From: Lama glama
Lineage: Eukaryota
Direction of reading: 5' to 3'
DNA: 64,000 nucleotides
Assembly: GCA_028534125.1 (NCBI GenBank)
Contig: CM052832.1
Location: forward strand, 12,464,001 to 12,528,000
Made by a program: the position numbers and the translations under genes. The notes beneath the pieces are model-generated. The model was given only the letters and a program-made list of their open reading frames with translations, was not told the DNA's origin and made no database searches. Every line of letters begins with the position of its first letter. Position 1 is the first letter of the stretch. Shown in pieces: positions 28,077-40,625 of the stretch.

Positions 28077-29249
28077 TGAATGAATAATAGTAAAGTTCTG
28101 TTGAATCTGTTGAGTAGCTGTAGGGGTTGAGGAAAAATTTATTTTCAAAACTACAGTGAGGTCTTGATATAAACTCTTAGGTCCTGCTGCTGATCTTCTT
28201 AGGGATCTGTCTGAAATGGACAAGATAGTTAACTTGATGATAACTGCTTGAATCAGGGTCTTTTTAATTGTTTGGTAGTGCTGTGAACCCTAGATTTGCA
28301 CGAGGTATTAGTAGCACTCCCACAAGAATGCCCTAATCCATTATACTCAGCAGTGTCTGTCTCACCTATTTCTTTGTGTACCTGAATGTGAGTGAGACAA
28401 TAAAGACCTGTTGTAAATTGGGGGTTCTAGTTCTTGATTCACACAGATATCCATGAGTCAACACAAATCACTGTGGGTCAGGTGTTTGTATTGGGAATTT
28501 CTCTTAAGTGACCTTACTCCTTTATGGTACTGATCTTTTAAAATAATTCTTCCCTTATTTGTCCAGCAACACAGGTGGTTTTAAGAGGTTGTTAGTGACA
28601 TCATGGAATCATAATAATATACAACACTTGTGTAGAACTTTATTTTTAAAATGTTTTCATGTACATTATCTCATTTATCCTCACAGGTTGTTGTGGGCAG
28701 GACAGATATTACTCAAATTTTACAGATGAGAAAACCAGCTAGCTTCTTCAGGCACAGCTACCTTCACATGCTGGTGTTATTTTTTGAGACATTGGTGTCT
28801 TTGGTCTGGTCGTTTGCTTCCAAAACTATAAACTCTTATATTGAAGGTTTCCTAAGACTTGGGAAGGTAATTATGCTAACCAAACTCATAAGAGATCAGT
28901 TGGTTAGAAAACCAGAGATAAGAGAAAGATTACAGTAATAAAGCAGCACAGAACCAATTGATTAAAAACTTTTTAGATTATGCTTTGTCTGTGACTATAA
29001 TGTTTTTATACATTTCCTTCAGTCTAGAGCAGCCCTTTTGTGAGTTCAAGATTCTTGAGAAACAAATCAGTTAGAAGATTGTTGGCTGATAGAAGTATCA
29101 GCACAGAGGAAATTAGATGATTCTGAGTAAATACTTTACTCCAGTAATGAAAGAGGGTAGTGATAGTCCCTATTCCAAAGAAGAGGCTCCAGATGAGCCT
29201 TAATTCTTTGAGTAACAGCTTAATGGAAAGAGACTTTTTCTCTAATACC

Positions 29250-29940
29250 TAATTTTCTTTTTTCTGTAACATTTTATCATGAAAAGATTTTTATTATGAA
29301 AAACAAAAATTGAAAGAGTTGTACACAAATTGTACACCTGTTTACCTAACACACAGATTCTGTAAAATTTTGCTTTATTTGCTCTTTTACTCCTATGTCC
29401 ATCTGTTAATCTTTTTTTTAAATTTTCTAATTGCAGACATCATTACATTTATCCAAATACTTAAACATGAATATTAATTATAGTTTAACATTTGTTTTTT
29501 TGTTTTGAAATACAGTTGAGTGAAAACCAGAAAAATCCTAAATACACTGTTCGATGAGATTTGACAAATGTATTTGCCTGTGTAATTCGACTGTCTATCA
29601 AGATATATATTAGGCTGCACTATATTATATGGTACTCTCCCTGCAGAAAGTTCCTTCGTATTTCTTTCCAGTCAGTCTGCTCGCCCTCTTATTCCCTCCC
29701 CAGGAAAAATTTTTTTCCTACTGTTGATTAGTTTTGACTGATTTAAGAGTCACATAAATAGAATCATATGGTACGTACACTTTCTGTTAGGCTTCTTTGA
29801 CTCAGTGTAATGTTTTTGGTATTTGTCAGTCTTGATATCGGTAGTTTCTTCCTTTTTACTATTGTGTATTTTTAAGTAGTTTGTTTTGTGTGACTATACC
29901 ATTTTGTTTGTCTAGTCTCCTGTTAATAGACAGTCTAATT
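29250..29940 (-). mobile_element. Old LINE-1 3' UTR (L1MD/ME-like)
   Basis: TTTGACAAATGTAT..CCCTGCAGAAAGTTCC..CATAAATAGAATCATATGGTAC..GGCTTCTTTGACTCAG. Confidence 0.65.
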
Positions 29941-32314
29941 TCCTTTTTAATTTATAACAATCATGCTGCAAAAATCACTTATCAGCAGATATTCTTACCT
30001 GATGTCAGAAAATAGTCTGGAATTGATTGTAATTTTCTTAGATAACTTTATATTCCAGCCTTGTTTTTCCTAGTTGCCTTGATTTGGTTTTAGATATGGT
30101 TTGTGAGATACCCTAGCCCTTTGAGTACCCCAGTTGCAAACCATCTCATCCATTATGTATTGATTTCTACTAGAGGATGATTTTTTAAAATCTTAATGCC
30201 TTTAGCCCACTGTGCATTGACCATTAAGGTCATTTGTTTTTGAAACAGAAGTTTGCCCATCCTTGCTTGTGGTCCAGTTTTGTGAGATCCTGCTTGTTTC
30301 CCTGAAGCCAAAGGCAGTACTGAGAACTTTGTGGTCCACTGTATTCCTGTTCAGAGACCATGTTTGCCTAACGGCTTGACATTTGAGCCTGTTTTTGCAG
30401 TTACTCGACATTTCCCTCATTGAAAAACCTTTAATATATCCAGCAATCTTTGGTAAGTGAGACCTCTTTTCCTTTTCTTTTCTGGATCAGACAGCCCATG
30501 TTCCTTTAACATTTCCAAAGTGCTGATAATTTTTCTACCATCAGTGTGGATCCTTGTAATTTCTTTAAAAAAAAAAGTGATTGAAACATATCCCAAAAGT
30601 TAATAGGTGTCTAACTAATGCTGCGTATAATAAGATAATTTCTTAACTTTGTATGTATTATATTGGTTTAAAAATAACTCCACATGATTCCCTCTCCTCC
30701 ATCTTCTACTCTTCCAGTTGCTTTGTATTATTAATATATTTGGCATGAGTGATCCTTTGGTCATTTTTGACTAACCTTTTTTTTTTTAATATCTGAATTT
30801 GCCAAACTGTACTTATGTACATTTTTCTTTGTTTATCTAGTTTTTATTGAACTCTTTATTTATCAGTTCATATTGTACCTTGATTTCTGTATTCTGTGTT
30901 TTCCTGTGAGGGATGAAAACTAAATTGGAGTATTAGGGTTTAGTAATTGAAATAACTTGAATTTGAGATCATAGGACTCTAATAAATGATGTTTTGGAAG
31001 AAATATTGGTAGTTGGAACTTGCTGAACCTTTGTTTCTATCCTTTTAGGGAATCTGCTGATAAACTGGGGATTGGGAAGGGTCCCTGGAAGTGCTTATAG
31101 ATTACAGTCCTCAACACTTAATGATACATCAGAGAACAACCTAACAAAACCCTGTGTTAATTTTAAAACCTTGTAGCTTTTGTTGTGATATTTCCTTTCC
31201 ACTTTGGTTTTTTTACTTGACATTGATAACCAGAAGCAGAACAGAATGTTCTGAATTTCATCTTTCCCTTATCTGTTTCCTGATGGAGTTTCTTAGGAGC
31301 AAGGGATTGGTCTGAAGATAGGCTACAAGTGTTGGTAGTTCATGAAAACGTAAAGATATTCAAAGGAGGAATTATCTTCTTTTTTTAAATCTGCCCTTCA
31401 TCTTTCTGATTTGACTTTTTGCCAGTCTTTTTCATATGCGTTCAACCATTTTGCTAATTTTCTTGGGATTAGGAGTGTGCCAGAGGCCTCAAGAGAACAC
31501 TGGGAAATGGTTTGCAAGGAGGCCTTGCAGAGTTGCTAGAGGCATGGGGGGAAGTTTTAAAACTGTTCTCCTTTTCATTACCCTTCAAAGCTTGAAAGAA
31601 GGAAGTCAAAGCAGTTTCAGGGTCCTTCTCCCTTTGCTGGTGGGCACTGTGCTAACTGGGAGTGCCCCCCCTGTGCAGGAGCCTGTAGCTGGTGGGATGA
31701 GAGAGATACAAGTTAGAGCATAGGCTCTACTCATCATTAAAAATAGCTGTCCATTTGGGGGCTGATACCATTTTTTCATTCTGTGAGAGCATAGCTAAGC
31801 CTGCCATTCTTTGTGCACCAAAGAGTCATTTAAAAATTAGGGCTACCAATGGTTTGCTTTTTTTTCAAAGGAGGTATCTTTTTAAAAATTTAAAAGTATT
31901 ACATGCTTATTTCAGGCAGTTCAGAATTACGTATAGCATAAAATGAAAGTTGTCTGTTGCCTTCCTCCTTTGTAAATACTACTCCCAGAGATGACTTCTT
32001 CTTGGTGTCTAATCTTCCAGGCCAGAGAGTTTTCTTTCTTGTAAAGAATCAATACACTGCTTGGGTATACTCAAAGGAGTTTGACTTTTATAACCTTCCC
32101 TTATGGAACTTGACTGACACTGGGTCATTTTGCATTTCTTAGGAGGAGTTAGAACACTTTGGTTGTCTTTTTTATGTTCTGAGAGTTGACAGCATATTCT
32201 GTTAGAAATGTATTCCAGTAAGTTGTAACTCCTGAGTTTTTATTTCCTTTAATAAGTGAAACAGTATTTTGGTTGTGGAGTGGTGAAAGGACTGAAAGCT
32301 GGAGCTGTGATCTG

Positions 32315-32550
32315 GTGACTGTTGCAGTTATCTGTTGCTTCTTAGCAGACCACTCCAAAACTTAGGGTCTTAAAAAATACAATTTGTTATTATTTCTTAC
32401 AGTTGACAGGCTTAGCTGGAAACTGATGTAACATCACTTCTGCCATGTTGTAACGGTCAGAGCAGTTGCAGAACCTGCCCAGATTCAACGGGGTGGGGGT
32501 AGGGATTAGACTTCATCTCTCATTCAGAGGCATAGCAGAGGGTTTGGGGC
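32315..32550 (-). mobile_element. MaLR LTR fragment (old MLT1)
   Basis: CAGTTATCTGTTGCT..ACCACTCCAAAACTTAG..TTAAAAAATACAATT and CATCACTTCTGCCAT..CCCAGATTCAA motifs. Confidence 0.55.
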
Positions 32551-34139
32551 TATCTTTAATCTTTCACTTGGTGGCCTGATTGATTCAGTGGCAGTCTTGG
32601 GAGCGAGAGGTAACAATTACAGAACACCCTTTTTATCACTCCTTTTTAGAAATTGTCTCCTGGGTTAAAATTCACTGTGCTCAGGCACAGCTTCAAGGTA
32701 ATTAATTTTGTTGGTTAAAGGGACAGAAACATGAATAAAATTTGTTTATGGAAGAAATTTTTAATAATGTAAGTAAGAAAATAAACTCTAGAGGAAGAAC
32801 TAAGATCCACTCCCCTCAAGGAAGAATACATAGCTTAATCTTTTAAGAAGTAACTTGCTGTATTGCTTTTTTATCTTACTAAGAGCTGTGATAACTTGCA
32901 GAATTTAAGAGAACAGTTTTTGAAGCAGGTCAGTACATTGCATGTGTCATCAAGAGAGTCAAGTATGCTAGTCCCCATTTCCTCAGAGGCTTGCTAGGCC
33001 AGACTTCCTGTAACTCAGTCCTCTCTAAATATACCCTCTTAGATAATGATTGTAAAGTGCTTTCTCTCACCTCTACCTCTCTGTACCTGTGCTCTTTCAA
33101 TCCCTTCTGTTACAGTATGTCTCCCATCACATACCCAGGCCCTTATTAAATACTTGTGAAACTTTCTCTCATCTCACAGTATTCTTGTTGGTTTTCATTT
33201 TTTTCTGCTGATAGCACCGACTTGTGTGTACGTGTCTGAGATCAGTCTAAATTGTTTGAGTGCTGAGACCATCTCAGTCATCTTTATTTTCCCAGCAGAG
33301 GCTCATATTATGCTTTGCTTAAATTTAATGTGTTGAATGAAATGTACTCCTAGGTGCACAATAGTCCACTAAGTCTGAGGCTTAGCAGAAGCTAATACTA
33401 GAATGTTATAAAAAAGTGGAAAGTGATAATTTGAAGAAAGCCATTGAACACCTAATAATAGCAACTGATATTTCTGCAGCACTATATGGTAGACAAACTC
33501 TTTCACCTAAGTTTTAACTGTATGCTTTTGACTCCTCTTGGAGGGTTGCAGATATTTTCTCCTTAGCATGAATAAAGAGTCTAGAACTTGCTCAGGCTCA
33601 CTCACCTAGAAAGAGGTGGAGCTAGTATTCAAATCTAGTTATGTAAGTGTGTGAGGCAAACCTGTAATTTATACTTGTGATTTTTATTCAGGTAGATTCG
33701 CTGTTAAGAAGAAACAGAATATTTGAAGATACAAAATAGATTGAAAGATGGTAATTGAATTCTGGGCTGTACTAGAAGAATTTCTTTATTATTTCTGGCA
33801 ATATATTAACTGAACATTTAATCTGCAGCGGTTTGATTTATATTATATTATCCACTGTCAATGTACTAGTTGTGGAAGTTCCTTTTTATCTTTTCTATAT
33901 CTCTAGACTTTAAGAAAAGTAACTTAACTTGTGTAAAGTTATTTGCCCGTGGTAACAGTGCTAATAAATCTCATCAGTTAGTTTCATACTAGGCAGAGTA
34001 TTACTCTGTTAGTAAGAGCACTGTAGTCACACAAAGTGATCTGAGTGACTATTTTCTCAATTCTCTGTAGTATGGTAGTAATCAGTATCTTTCTAGGTGA
34101 CTAGGGGAGAAATTAACCTATTACATACGAAGGATGCCT

Positions 34140-34440
34140 TAGGGAATATGTCGATAAACTACTAATCAGAGCCAAATCTAGTCAAAGAACTTAAAGTTTT
34201 TTGTAAGAATGGATATATTTTTAAATTATTGAAAAAGAGAATATATATTTCTGTGAAAATTACATGAAATTCAGACTTCATTGTCCATAAATAGTTTCCT
34301 GGTAAGAGTCACACTCATTCATTTACTTAACTTTTGACAGCTGCTTTCAAGCTCCAGTGGCAGAATTGAGTAGTTGTGATAGAGACCATGTGGCCTGAAA
34401 AGCCTAAAATATTTACAGAAAAGATTGGCCAACCTGTGCC
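34140..34440. mobile_element. MER58 (hAT-Charlie) relic
   Basis: GGCAGAATTGAGTAGTTGTGATAGAGACCATGTGGCCTGAAAAGCCTAAAATATTTAC..GCCAACC. Confidence 0.75.
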
Positions 34441-37400
34441 TTAGGGCATTAGTGCTTAATTCTCTCCTATGGAACCTCAGCTGAGAAAAGGCTAAGCTTA
34501 CCAATGAAGACAGCTGTTTGATTGCTGCAGTATTCTTTGTATTTAAGAGGGGGGAGTATGTGTATCACAACTGTTTTTGAGAATTTGATCCTTTCTTTAC
34601 TCTGGAATGATGCTCTTTATCACTTAGCTTTGACAGTTGCAGCCTCAATTGGGCACCCACGTTTTATTTTGTTCTAGCGTGCTGAGTTTGACTACTCATT
34701 GTATTTGACATTTTGAAAAGCACTTTTTTTTAATGGCTTACATTGAGATTTGCTTTTGAGAAGCTGCTAATTGGCAATTCCAAACTGGACAGATTGGGGC
34801 CAGGTAAAGCCTGTAGGTGCCTGTCAGGCAGCAGTGAAGTTAAAAATCACCTGCTGTCGACACTGGGGAATTTTACTATCAATTTCATCTTTGAATAAAT
34901 GAAGAATCATTAGATTCCTGGAGTTGCAGCACTGACTGGGGAAACTGGACAGTTTGCTTCTGTGGAATGTTCCCTTTGTTTCTGTAGCCTCATCATGAAT
35001 TACTCTCTGCTAACTTCTTTCTGGCTTTTGTTAAAAATCATTTTTCTGTTAAGTTTTTAATTAGGAAATGCTGAAATAGAACTGCTTGAGTTGTCATAAC
35101 TTAAACTAGCTGTGAAACTTAAACTGGAGAGGGAGCTGTGTAGCTTAGAGAATGACTGAGTTTATCAGTGAAGACTTGTTTGAAAAAATAGGGGAGGGAT
35201 GCGTTTGCTGTCTTAATGCTGGTAGTTTTGTATTATATGAAGCTGACAACAGTTATAGATGGGAATAAGAGAACTGTTGAGAAAGCTGTCGATTTCTTCC
35301 TTTAAACTTCTGTTTTGTATGGAATGTTTATAACTTTGATCTAATTTTGACAAGTGAGGGTCTTCAACATCATGTTTTCCTGTAGAACTAGATCTTTAAA
35401 AAATCATCTCCAGAGTTTGACAGAAGTCTTAAAGCATATCAGCCAATACTGCTTTATTATTTGAGTAATTAAAATAAATTGCCTTGCAAGTTGAAGATGA
35501 AGGAATTAGCTCAGATTCTACATTCCTGCTGCCCTTCTGCAGTAGCAGCAGATGACCAGAAAGTTGGAGTGAAGATGGGGAGAGAGGTGGGGAGTACAGG
35601 TCAACCACATCCTAGAGCTAGAGCTTTCTTTTTAGAGTTGCTTTGTGCTGGTTTTCCTTTTTTTTTTTCCCCTTGTCTTCCCCTGCCCCTCCTTTGGGGG
35701 AGGGTGTGCTAAGTAATTTATAAACACCTATCTTCCCCAGATAATTTGCCTCATTTAATAGTTTATTCCTGTTCATTAGCATTTTGATTTTGTTTAAAAC
35801 TTAGCCATGTTTAAGATGAAGTTATAGTAGTGAAAATAGCAGGAAAATGTCCTGAAGGATAGCTGATGAACTTATAGCTAGATTTAAGTGCCTTGTGGAA
35901 GGGATTATGATGGTCCCAAGGAAAAATTGACTGAGACTTTCTGGGTTCTACCACCCTCTCCCTTCTCTTCCTATTGCCTCCTCTAGGTGTGATCTTTTTC
36001 TCTGCCTTATCCCTTCCTCGCTGCTCCCTTCTGCTCCCCCACGCTGCTGCCACTACTGCCTCCTGCAGGTACTTGTCAAGTGACTGTTGTGTCCAGTCAA
36101 CAAGTTGAACAGTGGATCATGAGAGAGAACATTGCTGTCACCCTAGGCACAGCCCCAGTAGGTTTACTCCTTCAGTAGGGGCTTGCTTTTAGCCCTTGAG
36201 TATCTTATCGAAAACAGAAAATAGATAAGAATAAAACATATAACCAGTCATAGATATACATAAGTATTAATAAAAGCAAGATGGTTTTCTTTCAGTTGAA
36301 CCTCATTGGAGCCATTCAGGAGAGGCTTTTTGGAACAGGTAAGCTTTTCTTTTGGAGGAAGGATAGACTGAGATTAAGATAGAGGTTTTTTTTGTTGTTG
36401 TTGTTAAAAACTGGGGTTAGGAGTGAGAGTAGCAGTCAGTCAGTTAACACATATTCTGCTGTTTATTTTGTGCCTGACATGGTTGTAAGCACTGGGGATA
36501 CAAGAACAATTCCCTGCCCTCATGTAGTCTATGTAAGGGTGATGCATCTAATGGGTGATACATCAGAGGGCATAAGTAGGGATTTGGTGGGAAGCAATCA
36601 AAGAGGTGGAACAGTGCCCCACCCCCCAAGAAAAAAGGCCATGGTTAGTTTAAATATGATTTATGAGACCATTGGAAGATAGTCTCATTAGGAGATCCCT
36701 GAAGGACTGTTACATTATTAATGCAGTATTTGAGAAAGAAGAATCTTTTTATGTCATGTAGAGAATTAAGAGTTAAGGGATTTGACAGTAGAGGCATTCC
36801 CCCCCTTCCCCTGGGCCCCCAGAAGTTTTCATTTGTTTTTATTTTATTCTTTTGCCTTTTTGGGAATAAATTTCTGTTGTCAATATTCACAGTATCAACA
36901 AGGGATAGGAAAGAAGGTAGAATTCTGCCTCTGAGAGCTCTCAGAATTTAGTCTGGCTGCTCTTATTTTTGATGGTTAGCTCCCTGATCTGTCGGCTACA
37001 GCAGAGTTGAAAGGCGTAAGTTTTTTCCATGGTGTGGTGGAATCTTAAGGTATAAATTACATACAGATCAGGTAAATCTTTAGATACATGGACTTTTGTC
37101 ACTCATTGAGGCAGAGATCAAAGTCTTTATTAACTTCCTAGGTCCTTGAAAAAGCATGGCAGTTTTCTACTTTGGCCTCAGAGTCTTGTACAAGGTCAAA
37201 TCACAGTTCCTTATAGCTGTAATTTCTTTGACTCTGTTATTAAATTCTCAGTTTTGCCTCTTGAAATTCCTTCACTTTTTCTTTTGGATGTCTTTCTTCT
37301 CAAAACAATGTCCTAGCTCTCTCTAAGGCCCCGGGGACTTAGCTCCAGATGACTTTGGCCATTTTGTGTGTGCCCTACCCCCATTTTTCATGCACATTGC

Positions 37401-37679
37401 CTAATTAAGATTACTTTGGTTACAAGAAACAATTCTATTAACTCTAGTCAGGGGGAAGTTTATTTTAAGACCATTCATTCATTCAAGAAACATTTATTGA
37501 GTCAGGCATTCTGTGTCGCATTATCTAGGTATTCAAGAATACAAGGAAATTGCATATTAATCCAAGAGCAAGCTCCATGGTGTGCCTGATAATCCTGGAT
37601 TTAAGAGAGCTCTGAGGATCTTAATAATAGGCAAACTTTAGGGTATGTAACAGTCATATGAAAGACTGTTGAACTGCAT

Positions 37680-37790
37680 ATTGCTAAAGCCCCATTCCTA
37701 GAATAGGGCCAAATAATTTGCATTTCTAACAAGTTCCCCAGTGATGTGGAGGTTGATGCTGCTCCTCTGGGGAACCACTTTGAAAGTCTT
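37680..37790. mobile_element. MER5A fragment
   Basis: AATTTGCATTTCTAACAAGTTCCCCAGTGATG..GATGCTGCT..ACCACTTTGA. Confidence 0.7.
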
Positions 37791-39994
37791 CGTAAGTTCC
37801 TTAGGGAGGTTATCTAATTGATTCACCTCTGACAACATATGAACTAATTCCCTTTTGCCACCAGGGGTGTCTGATGTTCATCCCTCATATAAACAGGAAT
37901 TTTTCTGGAGGGCAGTTACTCTTGAGGGGCAGGAAGGTAGATACAGGCTGTGAAACATGCCTAGTAAAACATATAACCAATTGTGGTAGGGTGCATGTTG
38001 AAGTCGTCTGTTTTCCTGTATTTTGATTTCTCTTCCTTTTTCTCCTACCTGCCCTTTCTTATTCTTTGTAAAACTCCTGATTTTCTTTACAAAGTGTAAG
38101 TTAGTTTTGGAGGTTCTTTTGGGAGGGGGAGATGTTCAGTTTTCCCCTTTCTCTCCTGAGGTTTAACACAAAGAGGAACTCACATTTATTTCAGTGATTC
38201 TCCCTTTTATCTGGACTTCACAGCCAGGATAATTTTGGGGGGAGAAGGGAAGAGTGGGGTGAATTTTTTTTAAAAACTTTCTGTAAAAAGTTGGAGAGTA
38301 TGAGACTATTGAAGTATATAGTGCAGATTAGAAGTAGGACTGGTGTAGTAGGAAATAGAGTAGACAAGATAGAGTAGGAGAAACACATGGAGATGAAAAA
38401 TGTGTTAATGGAAAAGAAACTTTCAGAGTTAATGTCCTCAGTGTGGTTTTCCTGAAACAGATGGCTGTAAAGAGTGTCAAGACAGAGGTAAAACACAGTG
38501 GTGAAGTAAAACAACCAGTGTACGTAGAATAGAAATATCCAGGAAGAAGCTATTTGTGGCTTTAATGCAAATTATTTTAGGGTGATGATTGGAAAAATTT
38601 CTGATAGGGAAATGAAGTTACCCACTGAAGATTGTACTTAGTGGTAGTTTTGCCAGGAATTAAAAAAAAAAAAAAAGGAAGAGTCATTTCTTATACTAGA
38701 CTGGTTCTTTCCAGAGTGTTTTTACTGTGCTATTTAATCTTCACAAAGTGGATAGGTGTTATTTTTCCCCATTTCACTGGGGATGAAATTTTGTAGAAAC
38801 TTGACTTCCTTAAATAAAGCCTAGGTTACTGAGTTCATGAGGCTAGGCCTTAAAACCCACATCTAGCTCCTTACCTTTTTGTTGGAAATGAGGTTTAAGC
38901 TGTTTTCCCAGTGTTAGTTTATCTACCCAGCAGGAAGCCAGTGCCATCTTTGACTCTTTATACCCACTCCACTTTCCACCCATCATTCACCTTTTGGTCT
39001 TCCAGTTTATCTTACATTTTTCTCTCTCTCCTTGCTATCACTGCCACCCTAGTTCAGGCAGCTTCTGCCTCCTGCTTGGCGTATTTCGTATAAATGGACT
39101 TCTTACTGGGTTCCGGTCTTTCTCGCCTTATTCTGTTCATTTGTGATGTTTGGAGAACATACCTAATCATGTCATTTACCTACCAGAAGAGCAGGATGAA
39201 TGCTTACTTACTCTTTGAGATAAAATTCAGACTTCTTAGTTTGGCTCCAGACTGTACTATTTTACCTAATTGCCCAGTTTTTTCCACATACGCTTTCCTT
39301 GAGCTGCATAAAACTAATTGTGGTTCCTTACTTATAAAATGCTCTGAAGATCTCAAAATGTTATCATACAATTATGAATGGATTTCATAATGATCCTGAA
39401 TCTTAAAAGAGTTAAAATTTTCTTTGATATTCTCACTTCAGAGGGCAAAGCAGTATATAAAAGTAGAGATATCTGTCCAAGAGAGTTAAAACTAGGAAAA
39501 AAAAAAAAAACCAAACAAACCCAAAACTTGGTGCTTACAAGGATGGATTTTCAGCTATTAGGAAAAATTGGCTTAGAATACTCGGGTGCTCAGGGATCTG
39601 ACTAGTTCATATTTTAGTGTAAGTTGCACATTGCCTGCTTGGGTTCCTTTCATAGTTTACTATATTTTTTGCTTTGTTTTGGGGTTTTTTTGGTTAAAGG
39701 TTGATTCTTTAAAGCAGTACAGAAGCAAGAGGAAGATTATAGCATGTATAGTATGTGTTAAGGTAAAATGTCCAACTTAGGCGTCCAAAATAACTTTGTG
39801 ATAACTTCTAAAGAATCATTAGAAGCCTCTCTGAGCATAACCTTCAAAGATCACAGAGCCCAATTTAAGATACTTCTTGGCTTGACTTATATTCTAGCTC
39901 TGACAAAACTAAAACTAGGCTGTGTGACCTTGGCAAGTTATGTGACTGCTCTGGTGTCTCATTTTCCTTATTTCATAAAAGGGCTTAGACTGGG

Positions 39995-40195
39995 TAAGTG
40001 GTTCTCCATGGGTGGTAGAGACGTTGAATTTGTTCCCTAGAGAACATGTCGCAATGTCTGGAGGTATTTTTAGTTTTTACCACCTAGTGAAGAGAGGTGC
40101 TGATGACATCAAGTTGGTAGACGCCAAGGAGGCAAGGATACTGTTCAACATCCTAAAACAACCTACAATATGTAGTACATTCTCCCAAAAGAAAG
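39995..40195 (+). mobile_element. MER20 (hAT-Charlie)
   Basis: AGTGGTTCTC..GCAATGTCTGGAGGTATTTTTAGTT..GGTGCTGATGACATCAAGTTGGTAGACGCCAAGGA..AACATCCTA. Confidence 0.75.
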
Positions 40196-40428
40196 CATTA
40201 CCTGGCAGTGGTTCAGTTTTTGTTCTGTTCAGTTTTGTACTGTACCTGTTTGCATGAAGTGTTTTTTCTGCTTGGTCCTATATACCTCCAGATCAAAACC
40301 ATGCTCCTTTCCTTTTTTAACCCAGTGTGTTATCTTTGTCACTTCATGCACTTATCTTGCTTTTTCTAAACTCCTTGCCTTTTCATTTTCTCTCTTCTTG
40401 AAATGTCTTTCTGACTCCTATTCATACA

Positions 40429-40625
40429 CAGTTGACCCTTGAACAACATAGGTTTGAATTGCTCAGGTCTGCCTATATGCAGATTTTTTTTCAATAGTTA
40501 ATACTGCAGTACTACATGAGCCCTGCTTGGTTGAATTTGCAGATGGCTGACTGTAAGTTATATGCAAATTTTTGACTGCATGGAGTGTCACTGCCCCTCA
40601 CCCCACGTTGTTCAAGGGTCAGCTA
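40429..40625. mobile_element. Tigger2-derived MITE with terminal inverted repeats
   Basis: CAGTTGACCCTTGAACAAC (40429-40447) and GTTGTTCAAGGGTCAGCTA (40607-40625), 17/19 complementary. TA follows the right end. Confidence 0.88.

Noticed and set aside
35950..36075. Long pyrimidine tract ending CCTGCAG|GTACTT as an exon or recursive site
   Set aside because: Weak donor, low-complexity context and no supportable downstream exon.
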